Part shown: piece by piece, positions 35,738 to 49,278 of the stretch
Layout of the letters: each line of letters begins with the position of its first letter
Numbering within the stretch: the first letter of the stretch is position 1
From: Podarcis pityusensis
Taxonomy: Eukaryota
DNA length: 64,000 nucleotides
NCBI GenBank assembly: GCA_964106645.2
Contig: OZ067042.1
Reading direction: 5' to 3' (one strand)
The notes under the pieces: generated by a model
What the model was told of the DNA's origin: nothing
Databases searched by the model: none
What the model saw: only the letters and a program-made list of their open reading frames with translations
Made by a program: the position numbers and the translations under genes

Positions 35738-36092
35738 CAGTGGTGCCCCGCAAGACGAATGCCTCGCAAGACGGAAAACCCGCTAGACGAAAGGGTTTTC
35801 CGTTTTTGAGTTGCTTCGCAGGACGAATTTCCCTATGGGCTTGCTTCGCAAGACGAAAATGTCTTGCGAGTCTTGAGATTTTTTTTCCGCTCCCCCCCCC
35901 TTTATCTAAGCCACTAAGCCTTTAATAGCCTTTTAGCAGCTAATCCGCTAATCCGCTAAGCCTTTAATAGCCGCTAAACCGCTAATAGCGCTAATCCGTT
36001 AAGCCGCTAATAGGGTTGCTTCGCAAGACGAAAAAACCGCTAGACGAAGACACTCGCGGAACGGATTAATTTCGTCTTGCGAGGCACCATTG
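35738..36092. mobile_element. Tc1/mariner MITE, family B, with internal GCCGCTAA-type repeats
   Basis: TIRs CAGTGGTGCCCCGCAAGACGAA / TTCGTCTTGCGAGGCACCATTG; shares the TA at 35736-35737 with the preceding MITE. Confidence 0.88.
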
Positions 36093-36439
36093 TAATTGAA
36101 AGGTGAGTATATCATGCATACTTAAAAAGATAGAAACAGGGACAGTTAAAAGTGACAACAAGGGAGGGGGAGCGTGAAGGAGCACAGGCCTTGCATTTTG
36201 GGCCTAGTTTGTGGCGCAAACCATCCTTTGACGAATATCCATCATAGCAGCACAGAATCTAGCAGCTGAGTATGTAACATCTGGGTTTTCATCTTGAAGT
36301 AGCAGGGAGGTATAAAGTTGTTCTGTGCAACCTGGGGATTTGTGTAATATAGAATCATAGAGTTGGAAGAGACCACAAGGGACATCGAGTCCAACCCCCT
36401 GCCAAGCAGGAAACACCATCAGAGCAAGATGAACCTAGT

Positions 36440-37048
36440 TTGTATATCTGTATAGTATTGGCAGTGAAAAAAGACAGGCCACACGGGCATTTCCTCTCCT
36501 CATACAGTGTCTTCCTAAAGCGGCTTTCCTGGACGGCTGAAGGGAGGGCCTGGCAGCGGGCCAGAGCAGAAGCCCTTCACTCTTTTGGAATTTCAAGGTT
36601 CGTCATATATGGCATCTGGGAGGTGAGGTGTCTTCTGGTTTCACCGATTAAAAATTTCAGGGACCTGGCTAGATCTGCTTGGCGTTCAGTATCTTCCACA
36701 CACTGTTGTTTTTTTTGGCTTGTTCATACCCCACGTTGAGTAGGATCTGCGGGGTGAAGCCTAGAGTTGTTATTCTGTTTAGCACTGCATGTTTCCATGT
36801 CATTTGGAAGCCATCCTTGAAAGTTAAGGGAGCAAAGCCATGCGGGAGGAAGGAAGGATAGTCTCAGCCAGTAATTTAGTGTGGCGAGCCATATTCTAGC
36901 CTCAATTCTTACAAATCCAGTTTCAATATGTATGGTAGCATATGTGTTTAGGGAAGCTTTTAATGTTTAACAGACCACTGTATTTTAATATTTTGTTGGA
37001 AGCCGCCCAGAGTGGCTGGGGAAACCCAGCCAGATGGGTGGGGTATAA

Positions 37049-37096
<48 letters not shown>

Positions 37097-37650
37097 GACG
37101 TGTTTAGGCACTTGCAGGGTTGATCTTAAGAATTTAGATTGTACCAGTTCTAACAGTTCACAGTTGGCAATGGGGCCTAATTGGGCACCATATACAAGCT
37201 GCACAATGGATTTGGCCTCAAACAGTTTGAGGGCTACAGGTATATATTGTCCACCTTCAGTCCTTAGGTACGTGAGTATTGCATTTACAGCTTCTCTTGG
37301 CATTCCCTGCAACATAATCCCCTTGGGCTTTTCTACCTCCAAAAGAGTGATGGGTTATACCCAAATATATGAAGCAGGTGACCTGCTCAATCTACGGCCA
37401 TCGCTGTACCTACCAAGAGCAAGGTTTGGGCCTTTTGGCAAAAACCATTATTTTGGTTTTCTGATAATTTAGTTCTTGCTTGCTCTCCTTGCAGTATGCT
37501 GCCAGTGTTTCCATGGCTCTTTCAAGGCCTATAGGAGTTCTCGAGAGGATAGCTGTGTCATCTGTGTAAAGCAGCACAGGGATGTGATTTCCTGCTAGTT
37601 TTGGAGGGCGGAGGTTCCTGTTGTGGAAGAGGGGTACCATACCATTTATA
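36440..37650 (-). mobile_element. Non-LTR retrotransposon RT fragment (RTE-X-like), interrupted by an L2 tail
   Basis: LLYTDD..ILSRTPIGL...NYQKTKIMVF RT motif, then LELVQSKFLR..LQVP, ETGF..IEARIW and ARCQALPSAV...ERKCPC (start of a C-terminal Cys motif); clade assignment tentative. Confidence 0.8.
36942..37095 (+). mobile_element. Short L2/CR1-type 3' tail with (TTA)n, nested in the RTE-X-like element
   Basis: GCCGCCCAGAGTGGCTGGGGAAACCCAGCCAGATGGG..GGTATAAAT(TAT)n; a sibling copy lies at ~1320-1378; the host reading frame resumes on both sides. Confidence 0.78.
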
Positions 37651-38377
37651 TAGAGCCACTTGTACACCAAAGTCAAGGCCCGGGATAAGCTTATCTTGCT
37701 CATTTGATAAGTGGTGGCTATTCTGTTCCTCAGGAAGACAGAGCTCCTCAAAGTGCAGGTTCTGTCACAGATTCTGGGAGTCAACTACACTGTCTGCATA
37801 TTGGCATCAGGTGGGCCATTAGCCTCAACGAGGCTGTCGCCTCAGGTGGCCGGGCAGGAACTGCTGGAAGCTGGGCAGTGCTTGCTGCCCTCAGCCGCTG
37901 CCTCAGAAGAGCAGAGCCCCTGCTGCCGCCACCTGCTCCTCGCCAGTCTCCTTCCCCACACGTCTTCAGTGTGCAAGGGCTTCTCTGGGGTCACTTCCAG
38001 TTACCTCAGGTAGCAGCAGCAGCAGGGGAGAGGAGGGGGAATTGGTGGGTGTAGGGGAGGGTGACAGTGGCAGGGGTGCCATTTCCTGTTGTGTCTTGAG
38101 CAGCAGAATGTATTGGGCCGGCCCAGGACTTCAGAATCTCCTAAGGTATGTAGTCTGCCATACAAAATGTTCAGTATTTCAGGCAGCCATGCTGTCTCTC
38201 AAGGTATGCCGTTTGACTTCCCTTCTGCAATGTCCTTTACCACAACTGCCTTGTGAGGGAGGCCAGCTCTCATTCCCAACGGACATTTAGCACTCTATGG
38301 TCACTGCGCAGGCTCAGTCCTCATTGCACTATTAGGGGAGGGATTGGGCCCTTGGGCTTCTTTCATAGAGGTATAAT

Positions 38378-38506
38378 CAGGGCTTTTTTTCTCAGCCAGA
38401 ACTCACCGGAACTCAGTTCTCAGGTGGGAGACATTGCCATTATAAGAGAACACGGGAGGCGTTCATGGTGAGTTCTGGCACCTATTTTTCTAGAGTAATA
38501 GCACTG
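38378..38506. mobile_element. hAT-type MITE, degraded
   Basis: CAGGGCTTTTTTT...TAATAGCACTG termini; imperfect 8-bp flanks. Confidence 0.6.
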
Positions 38507-41500
38507 GATATAGTATGTAAGATGCTAGCCTGATTTGAGCTTCATGGGCTGCCATATGGGGGAAAGGCCTTTTCAGTGGTGGCTCCAGTTCTTTGCAGTG
38601 CTCTGCCTAGGGAATTTCATCAGGCCTGCTCGGCTATGATCTTTTCTTTTTCCAGCAGGCTTCTGGAGATGACAGCTGAACTTGGTTTTTTATACAATTC
38701 CTGTGTTTTACAGGGGATTTTTGGGTTCTGTTTTAATGTTGTATTTGTTAGCAGGTGTTCTATTTGTGCTTTGTTTATATTTTTTGTGCTTCAAATCACC
38801 CCGAGGGTTCAAGTTGCTGAATATTGGGATAAAAAGTGAATAAATTAATAACTCACAAGCAGGTTTCATACATAAGCTAAATATACAGTGATAATGATCT
38901 GGATATAGCATAAAAGCCAATGGTTTGTGCTTATTCTAACTACAAATTAGCCTAGTAAAATTGAATGTTCTTGGAAGCAACTATCTTCTACAACCAGGAC
39001 AATGTTAACTGGATTATAAAGCATCTGGCCTTAGTAATTCTGCCAGGCATGCAGTTTCTTCCCTGTGTTGCTCACTGCAGACCCGCTGAGGCTGATGTTG
39101 AGGAAAACACAAACATGCATGAAGACACATATTGACCTTCTCAGGAGTGTCAGTCCACTGCCTTATCAGTGTCATCTAACACAGCAAGACCCTTCATTAG
39201 CTTTAGTTCCCTGGCTATTTCTTTCACAACATTTATATACAGCATGGTTGTAATAAAACCTCAAGCGGTTTAAGATGCTGTTTCTTTCTTTCTTTCCCAA
39301 ACTGATGGAGAGTGAAGGGCAGCCTTTGCATGTTGGGAGAGCAGTTTCACCCTGACTAGCCATGGAGCAGGACCCATTAAGGCCCTGCCAACATCAATCT
39401 GATCTCAACCACCTCCCAACTGCCTGCCTTTTGCTATCAACCCACCCAGGGGAGGGACCCTATCAGCTTCCTCCTCCTTAGCTTCAGTTTTGCCATTGTA
39501 GAACTCAGCAGGAGGATGGGGACAAAATTGGAGTAAGTTGGCTCTGCTTATGGCTCCTTGTCTTCTGCCCCACCTGCCCCATTGGGCACCAGCCACCTCT
39601 GCTTATCAGGATACCCAGGTGAGCTCTGTTGTTGTCATAGTGGTGGTTTCTCTCTGTATAGCATCACTTGTCATGGACTTAATATTTTCTATGAATTTCT
39701 ACCAATTTTTGTTCAGAAAAATAGAGGTACAAAGTGGAATTTCACAACCTTATGGTTTACATTGTTTGGGGCTTTAACACTGTTTTTATTGATCCTGGTT
39801 TCCTCTCAAATTTTAATTTTATAGTATTTATATCTGCCGCTACATATGGTGCGGTTTATTATAAAACCATTCTGAGGGTACCAGAAAGCAGAGTAAAATA
39901 AAATAAATGAAACATTGCCAGTTCTCCATTATAACTTCATGGAAACTGAATAATCAGTAGAAGTGTGTGAATTACAACAATCCCTTTTTTAAAAGAAGAC
40001 AATGGCATCAGTGTTCATGGGAAATGTTGTCAACCAACATTGTAGAAGCAAGCAGCATGTGCAAAGTTAGAACCTACCAAACAAACAAACAAAGTTTATA
40101 AGTTATATTTTAATATCACTATAGAAGCAAATAAAATTGACAGAAAGATTCTACCATTATTATTTCATAATAACACCAAACTGAATATTTACAGGAGCAC
40201 ATCAATGTCAGTTTCACAGCTAGCAAATTATAAATGCCCCATTGTAAGACAGCTATCAGCACTGAGTGACTGGTATATATTTTTATGACAGTGAAATGCT
40301 TGTACATAATTTCCTGCATGAACTTATTTTCAGGCTGTTCTTTAGAGCGTTATTTGAGAATTCACTGTCTGTTGCATTCTAGTAACCGAGGCATCATTCA
40401 AATATAAGTCTACAGTCCTCAACATATAGCTGTAAGAAGAGCAAGCTGTTTAGTATTTGCAGCAGGAGGAAATCCCTCACTGGTGCAAAGCGGGAGCAGG
40501 GTGGGTGGTGGTACAGATCTTCCCCCAAAGCAGAAGAGGGAATTTCCCTCTTGACCCCAGCAGGGAAGGAATGGCTTGAGTTTTCCCTTTGCAGCAGATG
40601 CAATCCTGTTCATTAGTAGCCCTTCCGTCACATGAATTTTTGCACATTAAATTCAAAAAGACACATTTGCTTGTCATGTGTAGTTTGGTCCTCAGACTTT
40701 TGCCACCCCCACCCCTCCCTAAAGATTCCCAGAAGCTAGTTGGTTTATTGCACTAGAGTGTTCCAGTGGGGCTCTTTTCCCCCCACTGCTGGAGAATTCG
40801 CATTAGTCAGCTTTTATGCACACTTGCTGTCCTGTTGCTGACAAAGCAGGGTTTACACTGCCTGCCTGCTTTTCCACTTCCCCCTGGCAAGTTGCCACGC
40901 AAGCTGTTAAGAGATCTTGGACTGTTCTAGAAAGAGCTTGGCTGAATCTTGGCATTCGTGTCACAATCCAAATTTATAGGCAGCCTAAGAGGCTGCTTTA
41001 GATGTGGTAAAGGAGACATACAGAGAGTGTGTTTGTATTACTGCTACAGCTAAAGCAGGATTGGGAAGCAGGCTAAAGCAAGGAGAGACGCCAAAACTTG
41101 CTGCACTTGGCACTGGAACATCCTAATCTCTCTGATGATCAACTTTGCAATATAAATTTAGCAGTGATGGGGCAAGATATACCTTTTTGTGGATGGGGGT
41201 AGAATACATTTACTTTCCTTCATAGTGACAAATGCAAGCTCTAGACTCCCCTGGATCAGGATTGCTACTAATTAATTTACAAGAAGCAATCTGGTGTCAA
41301 GCATGGAGTAGGGGACCCTGAGATCCTCTAGGTTGTTGTTGGACACCAAGTCCCATCAGCTTCCATCCACCTGGCCGACAGTCATGGATGATGGGAACTG
41401 TAGGGCCACATGTTCCCTACCTGTATTCTAAACAACATGTGGAATGGCTCCAAAAGGAGTGATGGGATGACAAAGCAACTTAACAACATTAATGTGAATA

Positions 41501-42832
41501 TAAAGTGATGTAAACAAGTGCAAGGAATCCCAGCTTTCAAAAGTGGCTGTGAGCAGAGCCACTTTCGGATCAGTGAGCTTGAGCACAGGGAGTGTGCTGT
41601 TGAAGTTGGTGTGGGGAGTCGGGGGACAAATTTCAGCTAGATATGAAATACAGCACACAGCTCTGGCCATCTTGGCTGAAAAGGAGCATGTTACAGCTGG
41701 GAAATACACAGAAAAGAGCAATTGCCGTCTACAATTATCAAAGGTTGGTGGATCTTTTGTACAACGAAAGGCTAAAGACCTGGGCTTTGTGAATTTATAA
41801 AATCATAAGCTGCAGTGAGAGATTGCATCCTCGTGCCAGAACTTGGGTTTATCCACTGAAGGCAGCTGATAGCAGGTTCAGGAAGATTAGAAATAATCAT
41901 ACGTTACACAAAGCAACTGAAACAATGAGATTCTCTAACTCAAGATGTGGCCACAAAATTTGCTAGCTTTGGGGAAACGGGCGAGTAGCTCCAATTAAAA
42001 GAGAAGTTAACCTGAAGCAGGTTTGAGATGTATGAACTAAGCAGTGCTCCCAACTTCTTGTTCTTTACTTGCAAAAGTAGATATATGACTCTGCCATTTT
42101 ACTGGCGAAATGGTGCTGTGTGATGTGTTGTGGGTGGGAGGGGTAGGCCTGACTTTAGGGCTACATTCCCAATCAAATCAGTGGTGGTGCTTTGAAGCAG
42201 AACTTACTGTGGATTGTCCACATCATCTATTGTTCGGCTCTCAGGAAGCACCGTTTAATAAGCGAACTTTCAGTTAGTTATTGCTTCTATGAAGACATTT
42301 GCTGGGTCATTAATTAGCATTCACATATTCTCCTTTAGAATGTAATTGAGGTTGACCTGTGTTGCTTGTTTAACTGGATGTCTCAGTCCTTTTTAGTCCT
42401 GAGAGATAAAGCACAGCTCCATGCTTTAAAAAAAGAAGCAGCAGACTGCCAATTATGAGCCAACTTTTCCCAACAATCACTTAACCACCATCTGGGATTC
42501 TAGGTGTGTTTGCTACGTGTCAAAAAGGCAGCTGATGAGAAGGGTGAGAAGGCGCCGAGGACCAGCAACGGGCAGGGGGAGCAGCCCCCTCCCAACCACT
42601 ACTTAAAATTATAGGCGTCTTCCATGCCACTTCACAGCTGTGTTAGCTTAACAAATAAGTCTCACCTAATGCCTACCCCCATCCCTCATGTGAGAGCAGC
42701 AGATGAATGCTTCTGGTTCAGGAGGGATTCCATGTGAAAGTTCACAACATGTGGGCAAACTTCCCACATGAATCCAAAGCATCATGAAAGGCCTCAATGC
42801 ACACTATTGCTATCCAATGTGTTTTGACTATA

Positions 42833-43074
42833 CAGTGGTACCTCGGGTTACAGACGCTTCAGGTTACATACGCTTCAGGTTACAGACTCCACTAACCCAG
42901 AAATAGTGCTTCAGGTTAAGAACTTTGCTTCAGGATGAGAACAGAAATCGTGCTCCCGCAGCGCAGCAGCAGCTGGAGGCCCCATTAGCTAAAGTGGTGC
43001 TTCAGGTTAAGAACAGTTTCAGGTTAAGAACGGACCTACAGAACGAATTAAGTACTCAACCCGAGGTACCGCTG
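42833..43074. mobile_element. Tc1/mariner MITE, family A copy 3
   Basis: TIRs plus TA TSD; same internal sequence as 20618 and 35524. Confidence 0.9.
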
Positions 43075-43464
43075 TACACAATTTTGGCTTTCGGCATAAA
43101 CCCTGGAACATAACCCCTGCACGGGTTTTGGGCTTACTATATAGTAAAACTGGCATTATGGCTTTAGCAGGATTAAAGAAGTGGCTACCAAGTGCTACCA
43201 AGGGCAAGTTCCCATTTTGTAAATGATTGCTTGCATCCACCTTTTTCATAAGACTTCTATTAAACTAACTGAACAAACAAAAGGACATTATTAGGTGTAT
43301 GTGTTTAACTGATTAACCTGAAACATTGACATTTCGTATTAAGCAGACATTCGACTAACAGAACAAGGGGGCAAGAGAATGTCCATGCGTGGTGTTAAAG
43401 CGTAAAATGTGTAGGAAGGCTTTCCCCATGGCTTTCTGTTAAATGTGCAAAGGATGACAAGTGT

Positions 43465-46400
43465 CAGTACTTCATACAACTAGATTTAATAAGTTATTAC
43501 AGAAAAAAAAAATGTCCAAACTACAAAGTTGAAGCAGTTGTAAGCAATAGCAGCATTGAGCTCCATGTTTAGTCACAGTACTGCAGTTCCATACAAAGCA
43601 TTAGTCCAAGCCAAAAAAAGGTAAAAGCCTTTTAGGGTTACTAGCAAAACCAGTCTAAGAGAACATGTAGTAAAAGATATGGTACATTTAAAATTAGTTA
43701 GTTGAAAAAACAAGTACAGAGGTTTTAGCTGTGAACACTCTAAAAGTTATGTCCATTATTTTGACAGCAAAATTACAAATACCTAATACTTTATACCCAA
43801 ACAGAGCTACATCCAGAAAAAAATAAACAGCAGAAATGATTATCCCGTATTAGCACCCTGGATTTCTATTTGTTGCTAAACGTTATTATTAGGTAAATTT
43901 AAAATGTGCAGAATGACATAACAAGCTCCTGATCTGCTACCCTTTTGGGGTATAGAGCAAACCATCAGCATGAATATAAAATACTCTGTGGTAAGACAGA
44001 AACACTACAACAGCAGAGATTGAGAAGAAAAGTTTTCTGGTTAAAAAAAAGGTTAAGCTGACATTATACAAACTGGTGTAAAAAGCAACTACATACAAGC
44101 CAGGTTTAACAAAAGACTTTTTTATTATTTGTTTTACAAATCTGTGACTAATCTTTCACTCATATCTTGCAAATAGAGATGTCACAATACTGAAATATTA
44201 ACATGGGGGATTTCCCCCAGTAAAGCACTATACTTTTTGTACTACTCTAACAAAGATCATGAAATCAGCAAAGTTTATTTGCTGACTGCATATTTGTAAT
44301 ACAGTTGTCTTTTAGCCCCTGCCTTCCTAAAAGGCAAGTGTGTAGGCAGAATCTAAGAACACACTTTGTACCACTTTGCAGGAAATTTAGAGATTTCTCC
44401 TCCACTTCTATTTTACTTGCACAATTTGTGTACATCCCAACCAGTAGTAGTACCTAATTATAGAGTCTAAATTTTACTCACTATTTTATTTTTTTCCCTA
44501 TACATTTCTTACAAAAAGGACACAATGGGCCAACTCTAGACATTTCTACAAGAGATCAATAAATTACCCCCCTTAGGTAGAAGCCAGCGTGAGAATAGAT
44601 CAAATCTGGCTACTGATCTATCTAGGGACGGCCATTGGATGTTCTGTTTATATAACACCAGTTTGGTTTGCAGGATCAGAAGGGGTGGATAATAGTACCT
44701 CTAGCATCGGCACAAAAAAATCTGCCAGGATAACAGCAAAAAGGTAAGGATTAGATAGGCAAAGGGTGGTGGTGATGAACTACATAAAGTGAAGCAGTGT
44801 TTTGATAGCAGCAACAGACGTTGCACTTGTGATATTTTTTATTTTTAAAGGGCCAACACAAAGGGATAAATATACAAGCTCAAAAAAGTGCTGAGATATA
44901 TAGTAATAACGGTTGCTACACATGCATTACTTAGCACTAACTATGTCATAAATTACACTGTATGGTAATTGCACTGTAACATTATGCAGATACTATACAA
45001 CTTCCTCCATTTGTTCTGGGTTGCCACTTAAAGAAGTGCATGAATAATGCAGCATGAGGGGCGAGTGGAATAAATAAGATAATGGCAGATCACACTGAAG
45101 CATGTTGGGAGAGATTTAAAATAACAGTCCAAAAGAGACCATAAAGAGTATTGGCGGGGGGGGGGGAGGGACGGGCAGGGAATTGACCGAGCATTAATGC
45201 TGTGTAGTCTCCATTTGTTTTTTCGGCACTTGCAGGAATGCTGACTGGGCCTATGCTAATGGGGGGGGGGGGGAGAGCAAATTTGCATTACACTAAACAG
45301 CCATGGCTGTAAGCCTGTTATTTTTGTAGATTGGAGTTAATTACAACAGCAATAGTGTTTTATCAGCATTGGTGTTGTATAAATCTAGACAGCGAACTGG
45401 TACTGTGACATCCCTAATATCTTCCTAAATCATTCTGACAAAGGAAAAAAAGGCTTCTCAAAAATATCACATCATTTTCCTGCTTCATTCTGTAATTTTA
45501 TTGCCCAATTATTCATTACAGTTTTTCAATCATTTTACATATCCAACCATTTTCACACCATTGTAANNNNNNNNNNNNNNNNNNNNNNNNNNNNNNNNNN
45601 NNNNNNNNNNNNNNNNNNNNNNNNNNNNNNNNNNNNNNNNNNNNNNNNNNNNNNNNNNNNNNNNNNNNNNNNNNNNNNNNNNNNNNNNNNNNNNNNNNNN
45701 NNNNNNNNNNNNNNNNNNNNNNNNNNNNNNNNNNNNNNNNNNNNNNNNNNNNNNNNNNNNNNNGAAAGTCTCTCCCAGAAACAACTATATTAATGGTTGA
45801 GAAAGCACTCCTTAAAGAAAATCTGAAATAAAAATGAAAAATATGTCAATGTNNNNNNNNNNNNNNNNNNNNNNNNNNNNNNNNNNNNNNNNNNNNNNNN
45901 NNNNNNNNNNNNNNNNNNNNNNNNNNNNNNNNNNNNNNNNNNNNNNNNNNNNNNNNNNNNNNNNNNNNNNNNNNNNNNNNNNNNNNNNNNNNNNNNNNNN
46001 NNNNNNNNNNNNNNNNNNNNNNNNNNNNNNNNNNNNNNNNNNNNNNNNNNNNNNNNNNNNNNNNNNNNNNNNNNNNNNNNNNNNNNNNNNNNNNNNNNNN
46101 NNNNNNNNNNNNNNNNNNNNNNNNNNNNNNNNAAAAAATCGACTAGTTCAAGTCTCACATCAAGAGAAGGCCACAAGAGGACCTGTTGTACCCAGGGACT
46201 TCTTAGTCAAGTTGCAGTTCAGAACACCTTATTTTAAAAAATAACTTCTTTTCTTGAAGGACCCTCTCATAATAATATAACATATTAACAACTTAGGGGG
46301 CACATTCATTTACAAAACAAAAAGGGACCATGTTATAATTTAATAAACTAAAAAAGTATCTTTAAAAAAATACAAACAGAAGAACTCTCACAATTCTGGT

Positions 46401-49050
46401 CAGTCGTGCATAATTGCTTGATTATAAATATACAAATTAAGGGAAAAATATTTTTTCACCTTCTATTCACAACTTCCAGCACCAAATGCAGTTTTTTTTA
46501 CACCTTTCGTTGCTGTGTTTTTGTTTTCATGTTATTACTTATATAACTTCCAGCATCTCTTTTTCTCGCTCTTTCCCTCCTTTCTTTCCGGGGTGTTTGT
46601 ACAATGAGAGAGGGATATTTCTTCAAAACTGTGTATTATTGTTTCACATAATTAGGTAGACTTCTGTAGATTAGCTATGATCTTCAATATTACAGTTATA
46701 AAGCTCTAACTTCTTCATTTTCAAAAACGCAAATAAGCATGAAAAAAATAAAGTTACCCATCTGTTAAATCATTTCCTCGCAGAANNNNNNNNNNNNNNN
46801 NNNNNNNNNNNNNNNNNNNNNNNNNNNNNNNNNNNNNNNNNNNNNNNNNNNNNNNNNNNNNNNNNNNNNNNNNNNNNNNNNNNNNNNNNNNNNNNNNNNN
46901 NNNNNNNNNNNNNNAATCTGCCAACTATTGAAAACTGTCTAGATACAAAAAGTAGTGCATAACAAATCTTGTATAGATGAAAAGAAAAGAAAACCCCAAA
47001 CAGAAGAAAAAAGACAGCTGGGCTGGATAAAGCAATATCACAAAAATGCCCAGAAGAAAACGTGAAGGGATACTACGAATGGTTTTGTTTTGTTTTTAAA
47101 CCAGTAAAAAACTATTTTTCTAAACACAAAGTTTCTTTCAGAGCCAGTAATTGCAACTAAACATTGAAAGAAAAACGTACAAAGTTAGACATTAACAAGG
47201 CCATCACAACACACAAAATCCGTAACATTTAAATCTACTATGCGGTGCCAGATCCAGTCAGATTGTCCCCAGAACTCCCAGGGGGGTGGGGGTGGAGAAG
47301 GGAACTCACAAAAAACGCAGAAGAATAGTGTACACGTCCTCACTTTCTTATAGTTCGCACACTAATGTGTGCTTATGTGTTTGTCTTGCACGCCCAGAAT
47401 ACATGCTAAAAAAATGTCCACTGTTATAAAGTAGATCTCAAATATATTCAAGCTTCACAGGATACATCCAGGGTTCAAGAAATTAAATGTCACACCCAGA
47501 GAGTAGACATCTTGCAAGTTAACTTTTGTATGCAGACATTTCTTTAGCACCACTTCCCCACTACCTTTCATAAAATGTGCCTAGTTTATCAGCCTATTAG
47601 TGAAGTTAGTAGTGTACATACACTGCCATGAGCTCTTTGGTTTTCTGGACAAGGGCTGCAGCTACATAAATGGTGCAAGCATTTATGAGATTGTAATTAA
47701 AGAGCTCATAATTAATTTTGTGAGTGTGCATATGTATCCGTATCTTTCAGAAGTGATTGAACGTTAGATATAGAGGCTTAAACAGTTAAGTTTGATCACA
47801 GTACTAGACATAATCACTTTTACTATATAAAATAAATTGCACAATATATAACAGAGCACCGCAAAGTACTTCGTCTATCATTCAGAAATTTGTTTTAAGG
47901 ATATTCTACATCTAGTTTTTTAAAAAAATATTTGTTGTAATATAGGTCATACTGCAAAGGGCTGATCCTAATTTCAGAAGCATTTACATTTACTGAGGCA
48001 TGCCTTCCTCCAGTCAGTAATTTGTGTCTGGTGTGCTAAGTCTGTGTGTGGGTTTTGTTTTGTTTTGAATAACAAGTACTTTGTAGTCTATATAAATCCT
48101 TAATTGGTGCATTGTGGGCAGATTTTCATATGAGACATATATAAAAAAATTTTATTGCATGCAGCAACCTGATTTAAGTAAACATGCAGTCAAAACTATT
48201 GACCTTCCTTGGAAGCTATACAGATCTCCTTTCAGCAGCCATCACGGTTTTAAATCATATAATCATCTTTTAAACTGATAGATACCCTAGCTTGAATAGA
48301 GTATTGTGGTATTAGTAATACCATCTTAATAGCAGCAAAAGCTATTGCAGCATACATTTACGTAACACTAAAAGACCTAACCAAATAGGAAACCCTCAGC
48401 AAAACAAAAAGGGGTGGGGGTGGAGAAAATGTGATCCAGCTTATGAGGTATCAACCTTACCAGTAAAAATGGAGAGCAACTAAAGGCTTTTCAGGGTTAT
48501 TCCTATGCTAAATGACCCAAACTAATGATTGCTGAATATCCATTTTAAGTTTTTGCTACATCTGCCACCTACCTACTTGTGAGTGTTACCTTTGGTAAGT
48601 CATCTGCTAGGGGCAAGTCTATAAGTTTCTGAAAATAAGTGCATGCTCCAGTTTTAAAATAAAATTATAATTTTAAAAGTCTTTCTCACATACACACCAA
48701 CTCAGTAAAGGCTGATGAGAATGGCAGTCTACTTATTGTCAGACATGACAAGTCTCGTGTAAGAAATTAAGGTACCAAGCAGATGTTTGTGTGAATCAAA
48801 GTGCAAAATCAGTATAGTTACACTCTGCTAGGCTTGTATTATACTGGACACAGAGTTCAGTAATGTGACTGTAAATAATCATAATCATTATCATAATAAT
48901 AGTAATCGTAATAAAAAGACCCATCTCTTCATTAAAGTAAAGGATGAATGCACAGATTTCCAGAACACTAAAGCCCTGAGGCAGCACTCTCTTCTCCCTT
49001 CAATTTCTTCAGTTCCGGTACTTCTTTGCTGCTGGATTTAGGCCCAGACT
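43465..49050 (-). other. CPEB3 3' UTR (long, U-rich, no recognisable transposon)
   Basis: U-rich on the minus strand; candidate polyA hexamers AATAAA (+ strand tttatt at 48151-48156 and 45497-45502) and ATTAAA (43485-43490); distal end inferred. Confidence 0.65.
45567..46914. other. Three N runs (45567-45763, 45853-46132, 46786-46914)
   Basis: 197, 280 and 129 N respectively. Confidence 0.98.
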
Positions 49051-49278
49051 TCAGCTCCAACGGAACGGAACGTGGCGTGGCCGATCCCCCCCTTCCTTCA
49101 CGAGTGGTTTGTGGAACTCTCGCCCAGCACGAGAGTGAATGCTGGCCCAACAGTATTCACAGTAATACTGCAAGCAGGTAACATTGGCACAGAAAAATGG
49201 AGCAAATTTTCCACCACAGCGAGTGCCCTGGCATTCATCACACATCTGATCATCAAGCACATATGGCTTCACTTCCAC
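49051..49278 (-). CDS. CPEB3: CPEB3 last coding exon (VEVKPYVLDDQMCDECQG...FRWS*)
   Basis: ZZ-type Cys/His domain; TGA at 49053-49051. Confidence 0.96.
   Translation of the reverse strand: MEVKPYVLDDQMCDECQGTRCGGKFAPFFCANVTCLQYYCEYCWASIHSRAGREFHKPLVKEGGDRPRHVPFRWS

Noticed and set aside
35910-36012. Short regularly spaced GCCGCTAA repeats as a CRISPR-like or satellite array
   Set aside because: Vertebrate DNA, no unique spacers; an internal minisatellite of a MITE.
45530-46244. ORFs of mostly X residues
   Set aside because: Artefacts of N runs.
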